Shown piece by piece: positions 1 through 12,444 of a stretch of 64,000 nt of DNA. The DNA is from Camelus dromedarius. Its lineage: Eukaryota. The position numbers were made by a program, and so were the translations under genes. The stretch covers positions 46,936,001 through 47,000,000 of the forward strand of contig NC_087436.1 of assembly GCF_036321535.1 (NCBI RefSeq), written 5' to 3'. Each line of letters opens with the position of its first letter. Positions within the stretch are counted from its first letter, which is position 1. The notes under the pieces are model-generated. The model saw only the letters and a program-made list of their open reading frames with translations, searched no databases and had not been told where the DNA came from.

Positions 1-1580
1 ATTCTAAGTAGAAAAATTAGATCTATAAAGGATGCCTGATTCTTCACACACACACAATATATATATATATATATTTAATGCAATCCCAATCAAAAGCCCA
101 ATGAGATTTTTACTAGTATTCTGCAAAATTAAAATATAATTCATCTGTAAAAACAGTAGTAGTAAAATATAGTAGAAAGCAAAAATGTGAACAGTGTGTT
201 AGCTCTAACACAAAACTAGACATACACACTAATGGATCTATACAGGAAGTCTGTTATGTATAAGAACGTAATACATGATATGGAAATTGAAAATATTTTT
301 ATAAATGGTGTTGTACTGTCTCTTTAGAAATTTGGGGAGAGAAATAAACTTAAGTCTATACCTCACACAAAACCCAAATGAATTCCAGATGCTGTTAAGA
401 ATTAAAGAAAAAATAAAAACAGAAACTAGTACAAAAGAAGATCTAAGAATCAAATATCAACAGGAATAATAACTTAATAAGTTTGAAAATAGATGAAGTT
501 TCCCTATGCAAAAACAGCTTTCCTTTAAAAAGATAAACTATAAATATTAAAATAAAAAGGCAAATAGACTAAGAAAAATAATTTCAGTAAAAATAGCAAA
601 TGGTCATTTTTATATTATCTTGACAATACAAAAAACCTGTTCAAATCAATTTTTGAATAATGTTAAAATACACTGAAATAAAATTACATAAAGAGCTCTC
701 CCATACAGACAAGAAAATAGTAAGATGATAATAAATAATTAGGCAAAGGACAAAATGCAGCCAATTCTTACAAAAAGAAATACAATTAATAAACAAGACT
801 ATGGGAAAAAATATTAACATCACTATTAATCAAAGAAATACAAATCAAGGCAACAATTGGGGCACCATTTTCCAACTGTAAAATTAACAAACACTGCTTT
901 TCAATAAAAATACTTAGTGTTGATGAGGTCATAATGAAATCATACACTCATATATTTTTGGTATCACATCAGAGGAATACAAGTACTTATGCCACAAAAG
1001 TGGAATTCCCTCGTGTAGGAAAAAAAACCTTTTTAAAATAGAAAAATTATAAGCACAAAGGTGTTTACAGCAGTGTTATTCTTTTTTATTAAAAATTTCA
1101 ACGATTATCTGTCTCAGCATGTACTTCCTCTAGGAAGCTTTGCCTTACTTCCCGCCCTGCTGCTTCCTCACCTTCAGGCACCACAGTGTCCCTCCGGTGT
1201 GTGCCCATCACTGACACGTCCCGAGCCTTTGGCATGGGATCTGGCACGTAGCAGGGGTTTAGTAATTATTGATTGAATGAATGAGTGAATGGATGAATCA
1301 AATGAATCCATGTTAAGCAGTAGCAGGTTGCATTTGAACAGGTCTTGAAGAAATACGAAGCTATTAATTTGCTAATCATGAAAATTATGTTGCAACTCGG
1401 AAAATGCTTCAGGATAGCAGCGCCAAGTGGGGGGAAGAAATAGAATACATAATTGCACATATATTATGATTGTAACTAGATAATAGTTGTAGGCACATGG
1501 ACAAACCCTGGAAGATAGTATGTAAATTTAATAATGTTTTGTTGGAGTCATGGGATTATGGATATTTCTGTCTTTTTCTT
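1..1580 (+). mobile_element. Old LINE-1 (L1M/L1ME-like) ORF2 and 3' relic, interrupted by an L2 fragment
   Basis: A-rich degraded L1 ORF2-like motifs (ttaatgcaatcccaatcaaaa, tctatacctcaca, aatgaattccagatg, aaagaaatacaaatcaagg, tgtttacagcagtgttatt); no open frame; ends approximate. Confidence 0.7.
1100..1305 (+). mobile_element. L2 3' end fragment
   Basis: ctggcacgtagcagg...tattgattgaatgaatgagtgaatggatgaat resembles the L2 3' terminus with its (GAAT)n tail. Confidence 0.65.
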
Positions 1581-1639
1581 TTTTAAAAAAGCATATTAAT
1601 TTTTCTCTTTCTACAACTATAAAAAGGCAGGGGGGTGGA

Positions 1640-1868
1640 ATTCAGAAGACTTGAGTCAGAATACTTGGGTAGCAGTCCTGGCTCTCACATTTAATAGCTT
1701 TCTGACCTTGGACAAGTTACTGGAACTCTTTGAGCCTCAGTTTCCTCATCTATTAAATGGGGACCATAATAGCTACCTCTCAGAGCTGTTGTGAGGTATA
1801 AATGGCCTAATGCCTGTGAAAGGATTTTATAAACTATAAAGTGCTATATAAATGTGATGCCATTATGA
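1640..1868 (+). mobile_element. MIR-family SINE
   Basis: Core motif tgaccttggacaagttact...tgagcctcagtttcctcatctattaaatgggg. Confidence 0.85.
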
Positions 1869-1885
1869 TTAAAGTAGCCTCTGTT

Positions 1886-2158
1886 AGACTCATAGACATA
1901 GAATACAAACTTGTGGTTGCCAAGGGGGCGGAGGGTGGGAAGGGATAGATGGGATTTCAGAATTGTAGAATAGATAAACAAGATTATACTGTATAGCACA
2001 GGGAAATATACACAAGATCTTATGGTAGCTCACAGAGAAAAAAATGTGACAATGAATATATATATGTTCATGTAAAACTGAAAAATTGTGCTGAACACTG
2101 GAATTTGACACAACATTGTAAAATGATTATAAATCAACAAAAAATGTTAAAAAAAAAA
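1886..2158 (+). mobile_element. Young 5'-truncated LINE-1 (3'UTR only) with perfect 16 bp TSD
   Basis: L1 3'UTR motifs (agactcatagacatagaa, actgtatagcacaggga, acacaacattgtaaa) and A-tail; TAAAGTAGCCTCTGTT at 1870-1885 and 2159-2174. Confidence 0.92.
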
Positions 2159-2524
2159 TAAAGTAGCCTCTGTTTCCTAAGAGAAATAAAGTTTTTTCCT
2201 TCCAAATTATTTACATTTAGTCATTTACAGACAATGCAAAAACAATCCCAAGGTCGCTGGAAGACACACCATCCTCACTGTGTTTCACAGGCTAATACCA
2301 GACAAACCCTAAACATGGGCCCATCAGGCAGGAGTGGATTTCCAGCTGCCAAGCAGAAGGGACCTGTGAGGTGCTGGGCGGGTAGATGGGGATGAACCCA
2401 AAGGGAAAACGTTTCTCCAGGTAATCAAGTAAGGAAAGTCACAGGAAATCTATCACCAACTTTTAAACATTAACTATTTAATTTTCAAAAGCCCCCCCCC
2501 CCAAAAAAAAAGAGAGAGAGGGAG

Positions 2525-2830
2525 AAGCCACCCTCCTTTCCTGTCCCCAGTCACCTGTTGCTCTTGCATCTAGATGGTGACTATTATTGCTTTATTATGA
2601 GTTCTTCAGGGATACTTTATGCACATGTAAGCAAACACAAATGTGTTATTTTTTCCTTTTAGAAAAATTTAACCATACGTGTTGGTGCTATTTACATGTT
2701 GGTACACAAAGAGTTTCCTTATTCTTTCTTTTGCAGCTGTATTCTATTCCATTGAATGGATGTGCCTTTGTTCACTTATTTTATCAATCACTTTTCAAAT
2801 AATATCCAGTTTGTTTCCAGTCATTTGCTC
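2525..2830 (-). mobile_element. Old LINE-1 3' fragment (L1M-type), antisense
   Basis: gcagctgtattctattccattgaatggatgtgcc...tttgtttccagtcatttgct is typical antisense L1M 3' sequence. Confidence 0.65.
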
Positions 2831-3267
2831 TCCCCTCTGAGGAAGGAAGGTTTCATTCTGCCTTAAGCAGTGACAGTGAGGCAGCGAGGGAGCAGGTCCA
2901 GAGCGACCCCAGCCTAGAGAGCCTGCTGCTCGCTTCTCTTCTGAACAATCAGACAGAGCTTTGGAATCTTCTCAGTTACTTTTCTTGCCCCAAGTCAAAA
3001 CCACATGGTTGGGAGGATCTACCTCAGTTAGCCCTTTTCTTCAAAGTCAGTTAACAGTCTGAAGCCAGACCACGTAGGTTCAACTGCTGGCTCTTCCCAC
3101 GTACTATTCAGATTCTCTCTGCCTCAAATGGGGATAATAACAGTATACACCTCACTGATACCTGTATCAGTGGCTCTTATAATGTCCAACATCCTTCAGA
3201 GGATATTCAGGAAGGAGCAGCCAAGACAATAAAAGCTTTCTTTATCTCAAGGAATTCTGCCCTAAAT

Positions 3268-3437
3268 CAGTGGTTCTGAAAGTGTGGTCTGTAGACCAAA
3301 ACAGTATCATCTGGGAACTTGTGAGAAATGCAAACCTAGTGAATCAGAAACCCTCAGGGTGCGAGGGACCCAGCCATCTGGGTTTTAACAAGCCCTCTAG
3401 GTAATTCTGAGAAGTGCTATGGTTTAAGTACTATTGT
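3268..3437. mobile_element. MER5A-like hAT-Charlie MITE
   Basis: cagtggttctgaaagtgtggtc...tgggaacttgtgagaaatgcaaa...gttttaacaagccctctaggtaattctga. Confidence 0.85.
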
Positions 3438-3861
3438 TCTAAAATGTAGGGTTGGCAGGGAAGGTTGGTCTTAAAACATATTCAGGTCATGGAACACCTG
3501 AAAATCATGCTCTTTATGGGACACCATGAATTGGTGACACGGAATTCCATACATTTTATTAGTGGAAAAATATCCCCATATTACTTGTATGATGTTTTCT
3601 GTACCTCAAAAAAAGTATATATATATATATACACACATATATATAGAATTGTCTTCTTTCATATCACATTTCCAAAGTTTTCTCTCAGCATCTGTTCACT
3701 AGCAGTTCAGCAGCACTGACAGATTAAATAGTAGCAGGTGTGAATATTGTAATTAAAAATATGGAGGAGAAAAATAAAAATGGAAAAAAATTCTAACTCA
3801 AACTCTATAATTACAAAATGGGATTTAAGCACTAAGACTTAACTGTAGCCATTTTTCTTCA

Positions 3862-3960
3862 TTTATTTATTCATTCAGCAAACGTTTACAGAGCATTGAC
3901 TACACTGTCAAAACTGTTCTGAGCACTTGGAATTCTGGTGTGTAAGACAGGCAAGAGGAG
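3862..3960 (-). mobile_element. L2 3' end fragment
   Basis: tttattcattcagcaaacgtttacagagca...actgttctgagcacttgg. Confidence 0.6.
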
Positions 3961-5489
3961 GGTATGACCTATCCATTTATCCAGCACATGATCTATCCAC
4001 AGAAAACCACAGTCCAACTTGTGCTGTACCCATGTTTCCAAGCCACTGGGCCGAGATTTCAGAAATAAGTCATTACTGTTCCTCTTCTCCCTGGATCCAC
4101 CACAGCGCCTTCTCCAGTGAAGAAATGTTACTCTCCTGTAGCGTAAACCAAGGATGTCAAATAGGTCTGAGGTCAGTTTCAGCCAGTTGGTGGGGCCTCC
4201 CCGGAACATTACTTTGAGAAAGATTCTGAAACAATTCTCTGGCTGGGCAGGAAGGAGTGGTGTACACAAGAAAGAAGGGCATACCAACATAAGGGCCTTT
4301 TATTTGCAGCCCTTGAAGAGCACAGCCTTCCCTTCCCTTTGGGATATGGGAGTCTATATCTCAGCATGTCTTGGATTACACTATCATACCCTTTGCCTTG
4401 TGTCCCCCTGAGGCTCCTAACATTGCTGGCCCTCTCCTTTTCTCTTGGACTTCCCTTCTCTAAGAGCCACTGGGAATGGCCATGTCAAGTTCAGAGTCAG
4501 TGAGCTGTGCTTCCTGATGTCAAACACATTAGCACGAATGATTTTCTCTGTGGTGTTTGGGCTGAGGCCCCAGGGCCCAGCTCTGCTGCTTTCTTCCATT
4601 GGCCTCAGGACACATGGCTGGCTCCTAAGTGTGAAATAGCAGGATTTGTTTCCCTGAATGAGAGAGCACACACTTTCCCCTTTGCTACTCTGTTGGCATT
4701 AACCAGAAGTGAACAAATGGCCCTTCACCTTCCACCTCCTTGTCAACCAACCCCCTGGACTAAACATAAAGAAGATTCCCACTCAAGCCTCATGCAAGAG
4801 AACACAAGAGGAGACAAAGTGGGCATTACTGTCAAGAATCCACTGGCTGAGCTGGTTCTCCATTTGCTCTACAATTAAAAAGGTGTGTATGGCATCTCTA
4901 GATTACCCTTTATTTGCTTGCAAGCCTCTCTTACAAGGAAATCATGAATCCCCATTTAGGATCCATTAGACTCCGAGCTCTAGGGAAGTCTGAACCAGAT
5001 CAACCTGGCTCATGTGGTCCGCTAGAGCTATAATTTGGAAGCTGGTGCAGAAAACCTGTTCTGTGCTTTACGTGACAAAGCCCCTGGAACTCTGAAGATT
5101 TTTTTTTCCAACCCAATTCTTTCAAGAAGAGCCAGTATGGAAATATTCCCGGGAGCTCTTTCAATTAGCTCCATTGAGAACAAATGGAGATGCTACCATC
5201 CTGATTTGCTGGAGACAAAAGAAATCTTTTTTTCTTTCCCCCCTAAATGTTGTTTTTTCCCTCCTTTTCCCTCATATTTTGCCTCTTTCATCACATCCAA
5301 ACAAGCTGACCATATTTGCTTATCACCTGATTAGTTCCAGGTACTGTTTGGATTGCCTTTTCTTGGCCTTCCTTTCTAAACATTTCTGCTTTCTTTGTAA
5401 GTGTCTTCAGGTGTCTCAAATATACTTTTTTTTTTAATCCCAGCGCCACCATCCCGAGGGGAAGGGGGATTTTTGTCCTTATTTAGTCT

Positions 5490-5600
5490 TTTTTTTTTTT
5501 TAACACATTTATTATGGTATGATTCCTGTACAATAAACTACACATCTTTCAGATGTACAATTTGATGAACTCTGATAGATGTATACACCAATGAAACTGT
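5490..5600 (-). mobile_element. Short LINE-1 3' terminal fragment, antisense
   Basis: T-run followed by tttattatggtatgatt...tacaataaactacacat...tgtacaatttgatga...atgtatacacc. Confidence 0.7.
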
Positions 5601-6604
5601 TTATAAGCTCTTGTTTCATTTTTCTTTCCACTCATTAAAAGGTGCATATATGTTTTGGAGTTATCTAATTCTAAACGCCACCTCAAAATAATGCTTTATG
5701 ACTTCTGTAAAGTTGTAAACTGGGAATCATATCAACGTTTCCCACCAGATAAGTTAATTATAAAACCTATTAGGTCTTCACCTGATTGATTCCAATTTTA
5801 GACCTCTGTGACATCTAATTAAAAGATGACTAACTCTCAACCCTAATAATAGTGGATAAGAGTACTGTATGTTAAATTAAATCATAGCTCACTGTTTCTA
5901 TAATAATACCAATTTCCCACCAGAATGCAGAAGTGACACTGACCAGCTTACTTTTTTGTTGTTTTTCCTCCCGTCTTCTTTTGGAAAACAATGAGCAAAG
6001 ACAGAGGGGAAAAAGAGACTAAAGGATGAATATCATGAAAATGCCATGAACTATCCCTAGAGAGTAAAAAAAGAAATTGGCTTTTGTTGGGACTTTCAAG
6101 ATTGTGGATATAATACGCCATGTCCATTCACTGGCTCTAAGCACAGTTTTTACAGCCAGTCATAAAATGGAAAGTAAAGGTTCATTGTGAAACAGTTGGC
6201 ACATACGTAACAAAGGTAAGACAAGCTGGCACCACTATAATTTATACCCATTAGCATGGGGTTCAGTGGTGATCCTACGGTAGAGTGCACAGCTAATAAA
6301 GAACTTCAAAAGAGGACAGAATAAATTATGAAATGTAGATTAGTGTGTAAGCAGTTTACATGTTTAACGATGGTGAAACTAAATTTAACTTGCACAGATT
6401 AGCAAATACCACTATTAGTTCATATAAATTACCCAGCAATTCTATAAATGGATACAGATTTCATACAAGTTTTGCCATAAAAAAAGACTCAGTTATCATA
6501 TCTAAAATCTACACTGTTTTACTTTCAAAAGAAATGAAATGATAGCCCTGGAAAGCACTTAAGAAAGGTTATCTGTCAAATCTACACGTGTAGAGATCTT
6601 CCTT

Positions 6605-6800
6605 GTGAAGACAGAGAACAACTGGATCCCTTTGCCCTGTAATAACCCTCCATATTTCTAAAAATGGGAATTAACTGACTCCTTAATCCTTACTTTTACA
6701 GGTAAAACAATTCCATCCCCGTCAGCTTTTTCTTAAAGAACTCATTTTCCATTTCCTTGGATATCTGGTTACTTTTCTGTGGATCTTTTCCCCACCCCCA
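6605..6800 (-). mobile_element. CR1/L3 LINE relic
   Basis: aacaactggatccc...taataaccctccatattt...cagctttttcttaaagaactcattttcc...gttacttttctgtggatc resembles antisense L3; highly degraded. Confidence 0.45.
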
Positions 6801-7709
6801 TTTTTCTCTCAAAGTAAGAAAAGCAGGGAGGTCTCAGAAAAGTTTCCTCCAAACCTCACCCAGAAGCATTTCTAATTCTAACTCTTTCGTTTAGCTTGGG
6901 CAATTCCATTCAAAACAAAACAAGACACTTTTGAATTGCTGAGAGAAGAGATCTGAACACAAATCAAAGATGAACTAAACCTCTAAAGGCATAATAACAC
7001 TAATCCCTTTATTAGGCGTATGGAGGGTCTGCAAACCAGAGGAGCTCCCCTGGAGAAGGTGCCATTTACCTGTGAGCTAACAGCTTGGCTAGGAGACAGG
7101 CTCTCTGCTCACTGGGGTCTGCCCTGTGAGATTACACTGTAATGCACAATGTAGAAGCGGGGTGAGCAGAAAGCTGTGATGACAATACTTAAATCACTTG
7201 CTTTTTTCAGGCATTATTTTAGTCGTGAGAAAGTTGGATGAGTCAAGCTCTTTCTGAGACCCCAGAGATCAAAGAGAATCCAGTTAAGGCAACCGTTTGA
7301 AGAGCGACAACTATACTATTCTTTACCCCAAGTTCTGTGAAGTGTACGTTTGGCACACTTACTTCTGTCATTCTTATTCACATTTCAAATGCCAAGGAAA
7401 TCTGTTGAAAAATGTCCATTTGACCATTAAAACTTGGACGGCTTGACATTTTGCTTCAGGGCAACAGACTGACTGCACCAGGGAGCAAACTGAAGGTGTA
7501 TCTTGATGTTATTTACTCGTATCACAATGCTCACACCAGTCGTGCCCCTCAAGAGTTATGGAACAAAAAACACAACCGTGAACGCTTGCTAGTCAAACTA
7601 AAACAGGGGCTCTATTCTGTTTAACCAGGGGAACTGCACTTCAGAACTGAAAGGAGTGCTATAAATCCAAGAATCGTAAACCCCTACCAATTTCTTTATC
7701 ACCTGTCTT

Positions 7710-7868
7710 CTTACTACTCAGTGTGCTCCCCGTACCTGCAGCCTGGGCAGCACTCGGGAACTTGTGGGAAATATTGCAGAATCTCTGGCCCCACCTCCAA
7801 TTTACTAAATCTGTACATTAACAAGATTTCCAAGAGATCTGTATGCACATTAAAGTTTGAGGATCACT
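7710..7868. mobile_element. MER5A1-like hAT MITE
   Basis: ctactcagtgtg...gggaacttgt...gcagaatctctggccccacc...ttaacaagat...tgtatgcacattaaagtttgaggatcact. Confidence 0.8.
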
Positions 7869-8730
7869 ACCATATATATAAAATATATATATTATATATA
7901 TATATAAATGTTAGCTGTAAAATAATTTTGTCCTCTTAAGCTCCCTCAACAGGAAGTTAAAAACACCAGTTTAACAAAAATGTAGCAATTACAACTTCCT
8001 TGTAAAGCCACTGGCAAAGCTTTCTGTCTTTAGATTCATAGGACAGCCTATTTCACTAAGATCAGGGGAAAAAAAGAGTTAAAAGACGGCTCTTGGCAAA
8101 ACATCAAGCATTCCCTTCCGTGTCTTACCTTGTCTAGTGAGGAATCTCCCTAGAACTGCCTTCTTTCTTTCACACACTTTTCTACCACTTAGAGTCTAGA
8201 AAAACTTCAAAAGAGGACCAGGTCCTCTTGGATTAACAGCTGTTTATTATTTTAATTTACTGAAAGAGTTTAGTTCCAGAGCAGTCCTGGGAGATTCTGA
8301 ACACAACTCCAAGGGCAAGCAGACCATGTGCAAATTCACCCAAGATCAACTCTACAGCAAGTGAACTCTGAGAAGGTGCGGGGAGGGGAGAAGATTCTGT
8401 TACCAAAAGTTTGGGGAACCTTCTTTCACCTGTTCGAATTAACACAACGATAGATATGTGGAGCTCCAACTTGAGGTGAAGCACCTTTCTCTGAAATACT
8501 GCACGACGTCCAAACCAGCCTGTGGTTCGGTGCTCCACGATGTCGAGCACTGGGCAGAACTTCGTGGATAGAATATTTTAGGAATAGAGGCTTGGGTTCT
8601 GGTGGGAAAGGGCAGATATCCAAAGACGAGGTCTCAAAGGACATGGGAAATAATTTCTCACAATTCTAGATTGTTTTCATTGGGGACACAACAGCAATTG
8701 GTGGCAATTCTTGCTAGTTCTCCAACCTAT

Positions 8731-8872
8731 CCCTTTCAAGAAAGTACTTATATATTTTTAGGCATTTTAAGAAATCATTTGTAAATGGGCTCTTAAATTT
8801 CCCCTTTCAAGAAAGTACTTATATATTTTTAGGCATTTTAAGGAATCATTTGTAAATGGGCTCTTAAATTTC
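8731..8872. repeat. Tandem duplication, 2 x 71 bp
   Basis: Units 8731-8801 and 8802-8872 are identical except for one A/G difference. Confidence 0.97.
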
Positions 8873-8957
8873 CCCCTTTTTATTCCTGCCTAGCATATAC
8901 TGTGTAGCTGTGTCTGCAGAGAACAGTCTGAAGACAAGCACGTACGGGACACCTCAG

Positions 8958-9130
8958 AGTAGCGCTTCCTAAAAAGCGGACCAGAGGTCACTTGTATCAG
9001 AATCATCTGGAGAGCTTGTTTAAAATGCAGACTCATGAGCTTCCAGATCTAATAAATCAGAATCCATGGAAGTTAGGTCTTAGAATCTACATTGTTAACA
9101 AGCCCCTGGGTGATGTTACAAGTATGTGAC
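8958..9130. mobile_element. MER5-like hAT MITE
   Basis: atcagaatcatctggagagcttgtttaaaatgcagactc...aatcagaatc...ttaacaagcccctgggtgat. Confidence 0.75.
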
Positions 9131-11109
9131 TGCTTCCAGCTTAGAGTCAGTTGAATTTTGGATGATGAGAGCCCTCCAGCCTGAACAGTATTCTATAACT
9201 ACCTCCAACATTTAGGTAGCGGTATGAGGGAGCCTGAGGTGTCAACCACCTTGGAAATCCCAACCAGCCTAGGTATTACGAGAAGTGTCAGGGGGAAAAG
9301 CAAAGTACATCAACAGATATGTGCTGGTGATTTAAATTGAGGATCGGTGGCTCTCCAACCCAGGTCCTCTCTGCCCAGTGAAAAGACTCTTCCACAGCCA
9401 ACTAGTAGCACGCAGCAGGTTCTCTCAAACTTTGGGATTAGAATAATCACTGGCGGAAAGGGGTGGTGTGTCAGCTAGATGGCTTACAGAAACCCCTAAA
9501 GGAACAACACAGCATTCCAACTAGGAATCTAATGGTCTATGCCTAAATTCACTTTACAACTGATTGTTCATATTTTGGGTTGTTTTAGAATTTGCAATGC
9601 CACTAGAATTATGCTTCCATTTCTTAATTTCTATGCTGAGAAATATTTAGGTTTAAAATTTCCATCCAGAGGAGCAACAGACAGTTCTGGTTGAGTCTGT
9701 CGATTCATCACACTCTAAATTCACTGTGCTCTTGGCACATTACTGGTGTTTCTTTTGTCTTTCCCTTGCAAAAAGGAACTATTTATTTGAATAGTAGAAT
9801 AAGAAGGTGATCCAGAAAGAGAACCTTTACAACATTCAATGTTTATAAATGAGTATTTATGCACATTTTAATTTAGCTCCAAAGATGGCAAACGAATCAA
9901 CTAGTACAAATTCTAAACCACTTTTATAGTAAAAGAGCACCCTTTAAATTCTGCTTCTTATCAACATAGTTCAGTCTTCCGTTGAAATCAGTAATGATGT
10001 AACAGATTTCAGGCAGGGTTTTTCCACCAACCCATACACCCAGCCCGGATTCATAAGCCCTCATCTGGACACCTACATATTATGATCAATAGTTAACCAG
10101 CTCATGTTTCACTTAATGTGAGATTTCCTCTTTGAGGTCCTGTATTTTAAAAAAATATATACACAAAGAATTAAGTTTCGCTTCAAAGGAGTAATAAAAG
10201 GAATGTTATGCTTGGCCCAAGAACTAAATGATTTCCATCCTCATGAAAAGCAGACAGCCATAGGTATATGACCAGGCTTCTAATAGGTAGCCAGCAATTC
10301 TTCTTCCCTAAAATGACTGACTATTGCCCTTATAAACCACTAAGAACTAAGTTCATTCAGAATGAGGGAAGCTTGGCACTTGCATGACAGGAAGTGAACA
10401 TATGAACTTTGAGTGACATGTCACCACTCTCACTTACATTTTAACCCTTTGTTCCTCAAGCTCTCAGCATTACTGATTTGCAGAAATTTATTCTGGATTC
10501 CCCTCTCCCCTGCCAAAATTCAGTCACTCCACAGAGCTATGTGTTTATAGTGTCTGGTGTTTCTCGATCTGAAGTGTCCAGATAATTGGTCAATTCATTT
10601 AGAATGTTGTAACACAACTTTGTGTGTTCAAGTGACAGAAGGGTAAACAGTGAGTGAGAGGTAGTCAAAGGCAGGGGAAAATGGCTCTTTTCAGCATAAG
10701 CTCTGTGAGGTACAGGTGCAGGCAGGTGGGCGTGAAGAAGCTGCTGCCTGAGCTCTCCTGCAGCTACAGGGAGGTGGGGCGGGGGCTTATTCCAAGTTCA
10801 TGTTGCTCCCAGCAAAGGTATACAGCTCTCACCAGTCAACAGTTTACAAGATGACTAAGGGCTTGTTTGGCCTTAATTTCCTAGAGGATTTGCAGGAAAT
10901 AAAATCAAAGATGATCACTATTTAATAGATCAAAAACAGAGAACTCTTCAAATAAGTTGAACAATTTGCCTCAAGTTTTGTAATAATTCCATGCTGAGCC
11001 TAGATTAAAACTCAGAAGACAGAGAGGCCTGGGAGGGCCTCAAAGGACACAAAGGACACAAAGTGTGTCCTCTGGGCCCAGAGCTCCAGAGATCAAACAG
11101 GATCTCCCA

Positions 11110-11250
11110 CCGTTCTTTCAAGAATCCTGTGAAGTTTTCTTATACCCATTTTACAGATGAGGAAACAGGTCATTTGGCTGCCTTCATACAGTTGGAAAAT
11201 ATCAGAGCCAGGAATCAAACATAAGCCTTCTTTCTTCAAAACCCATGCAC
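11110..11250 (-). mobile_element. MIR fragment
   Basis: cccattttacagatgaggaaac...cagagccaggaatcaaac. Confidence 0.7.
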
Positions 11251-11264
11251 ATTAAGCTCTAAAC

Positions 11265-11706
11265 CTAGTGCTTCCCGAAGCGTAGCACGCACGCTGCTTT
11301 AGGTGGTACGTGGAGGAAAACTTTACTGGTGCAGTTGTTCCAAAGCTTTACTCTGAGTGAGAATCACCTTGATGCTCATTAAAATGCAGACCCCACAGCC
11401 TCTCCAAGAGCTTCTGAGTCAGCACCACCCAGGTGATTCTGCAGCAAGCTTTACAATGGTCTCAACCATGAGAAACGCACCAGGGAAGAAAATGTAATTA
11501 GCATGACAAACCCACTTCACAGGCATTTTTCCTTTTTATGTAAACAAGTACAAAAGGGAGGAGGGCAGATTTTAAATCCACACGCATTATATTTTAAATT
11601 TCACTTTATTTAAATAAGAAAACACTAAAGAAATGATGATAGAGGTGGTGGCAGACCTGCCAAAGATCACGGAGGTGCTACTGTAGAGACATATCTGGGA
11701 ACCCCA
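11265..11706. mobile_element. hAT-Charlie-like relic with a nested MER5-like segment (about 11330-11480)
   Basis: tagtgcttcccgaag...ggtggtacgtgg at the left end, tctgggaacccc at the right; internal gaatcacctt...cattaaaatgcaga...cacccaggtgattctg. Confidence 0.5.
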
Positions 11707-12444
11707 GAGACTCACTGTTCTGAGATTGAAAGGAAAGGGAAATGCTTCTGTTTGCCCAGAAATAGGCTTAACTGAAAAGCAAAGACTGTCTGGGAGCTCA
11801 GGGACCCTCTGCTGCTTTCATGGCCCAATCCTACCACCGGGGCAGCATGGTGGTAAGGACACAAAAAAGACCACTGGGGTCTAGGGAATGGGGTCTTCTC
11901 TCTGGTTAGCTGAAGGCATAAGGAAGCATCCTCTCCCACAACAGTGGACCAGCAGCACGGAGGGACCTTACAGCCTCCTCAGCTTCTCTGGGCTGTTGAG
12001 GATTCCTGACCATTTGAGGTCAGAGACTGCTGATCATCAATAAAAGCTCTGTACCCTTTTCCCAGAAAAATGTTCATATATACACACAAAAATATGATGT
12101 CCTGTTTCACAGGGTTCTCAGGTTCCTCAAAGTTCATCCACAGACTCCAATTTAAGAACTCCCTTATGTAGAAACTAAGAGTTCATTTCAGCTCATGGCA
12201 ATTTTTTAAGTTCAACTTATCCTTCCTTTGAGTAAAACATTCTAAACAAGAGTTCTTCATGTGGAGTTCGTGGTTCCCTGTTGGGTGGCGCTGGGGGGGG
12301 GGGTGCAGGGTGTCAGGAGTTGTAGATAAGCCCTCTGACTCTGCAAGAAGTATTCAGTTGTTGGCACATTTTTCTGGGAGTACATTCATCATAATGTCAA
12401 AGTAGATCAAATCTCACAAACAATTTTTAAAAAAACACCTTTTA

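Noticed and set aside
3886..4969. Overlapping 64-134 aa ORFs on both strands
   Set aside because: No recognisable homology, mutually overlapping frames, and one runs into an L2 relic; consistent with chance ORFs.
6672..6813. Strong-looking plus-strand acceptor (branch point, pyrimidine tract, cag at 6699-6701)
   Set aside because: Lies within a pyrimidine-rich antisense CR1/L3-like relic, with no recognisable coding sequence downstream.
8257..8644. CpG-enriched block with minus-strand ORFs and a possible exon at about 8430-8598
   Set aside because: None of the six frames gave a recognisable protein and the donor (gtgaaa) is weak; I cannot support a CDS call.
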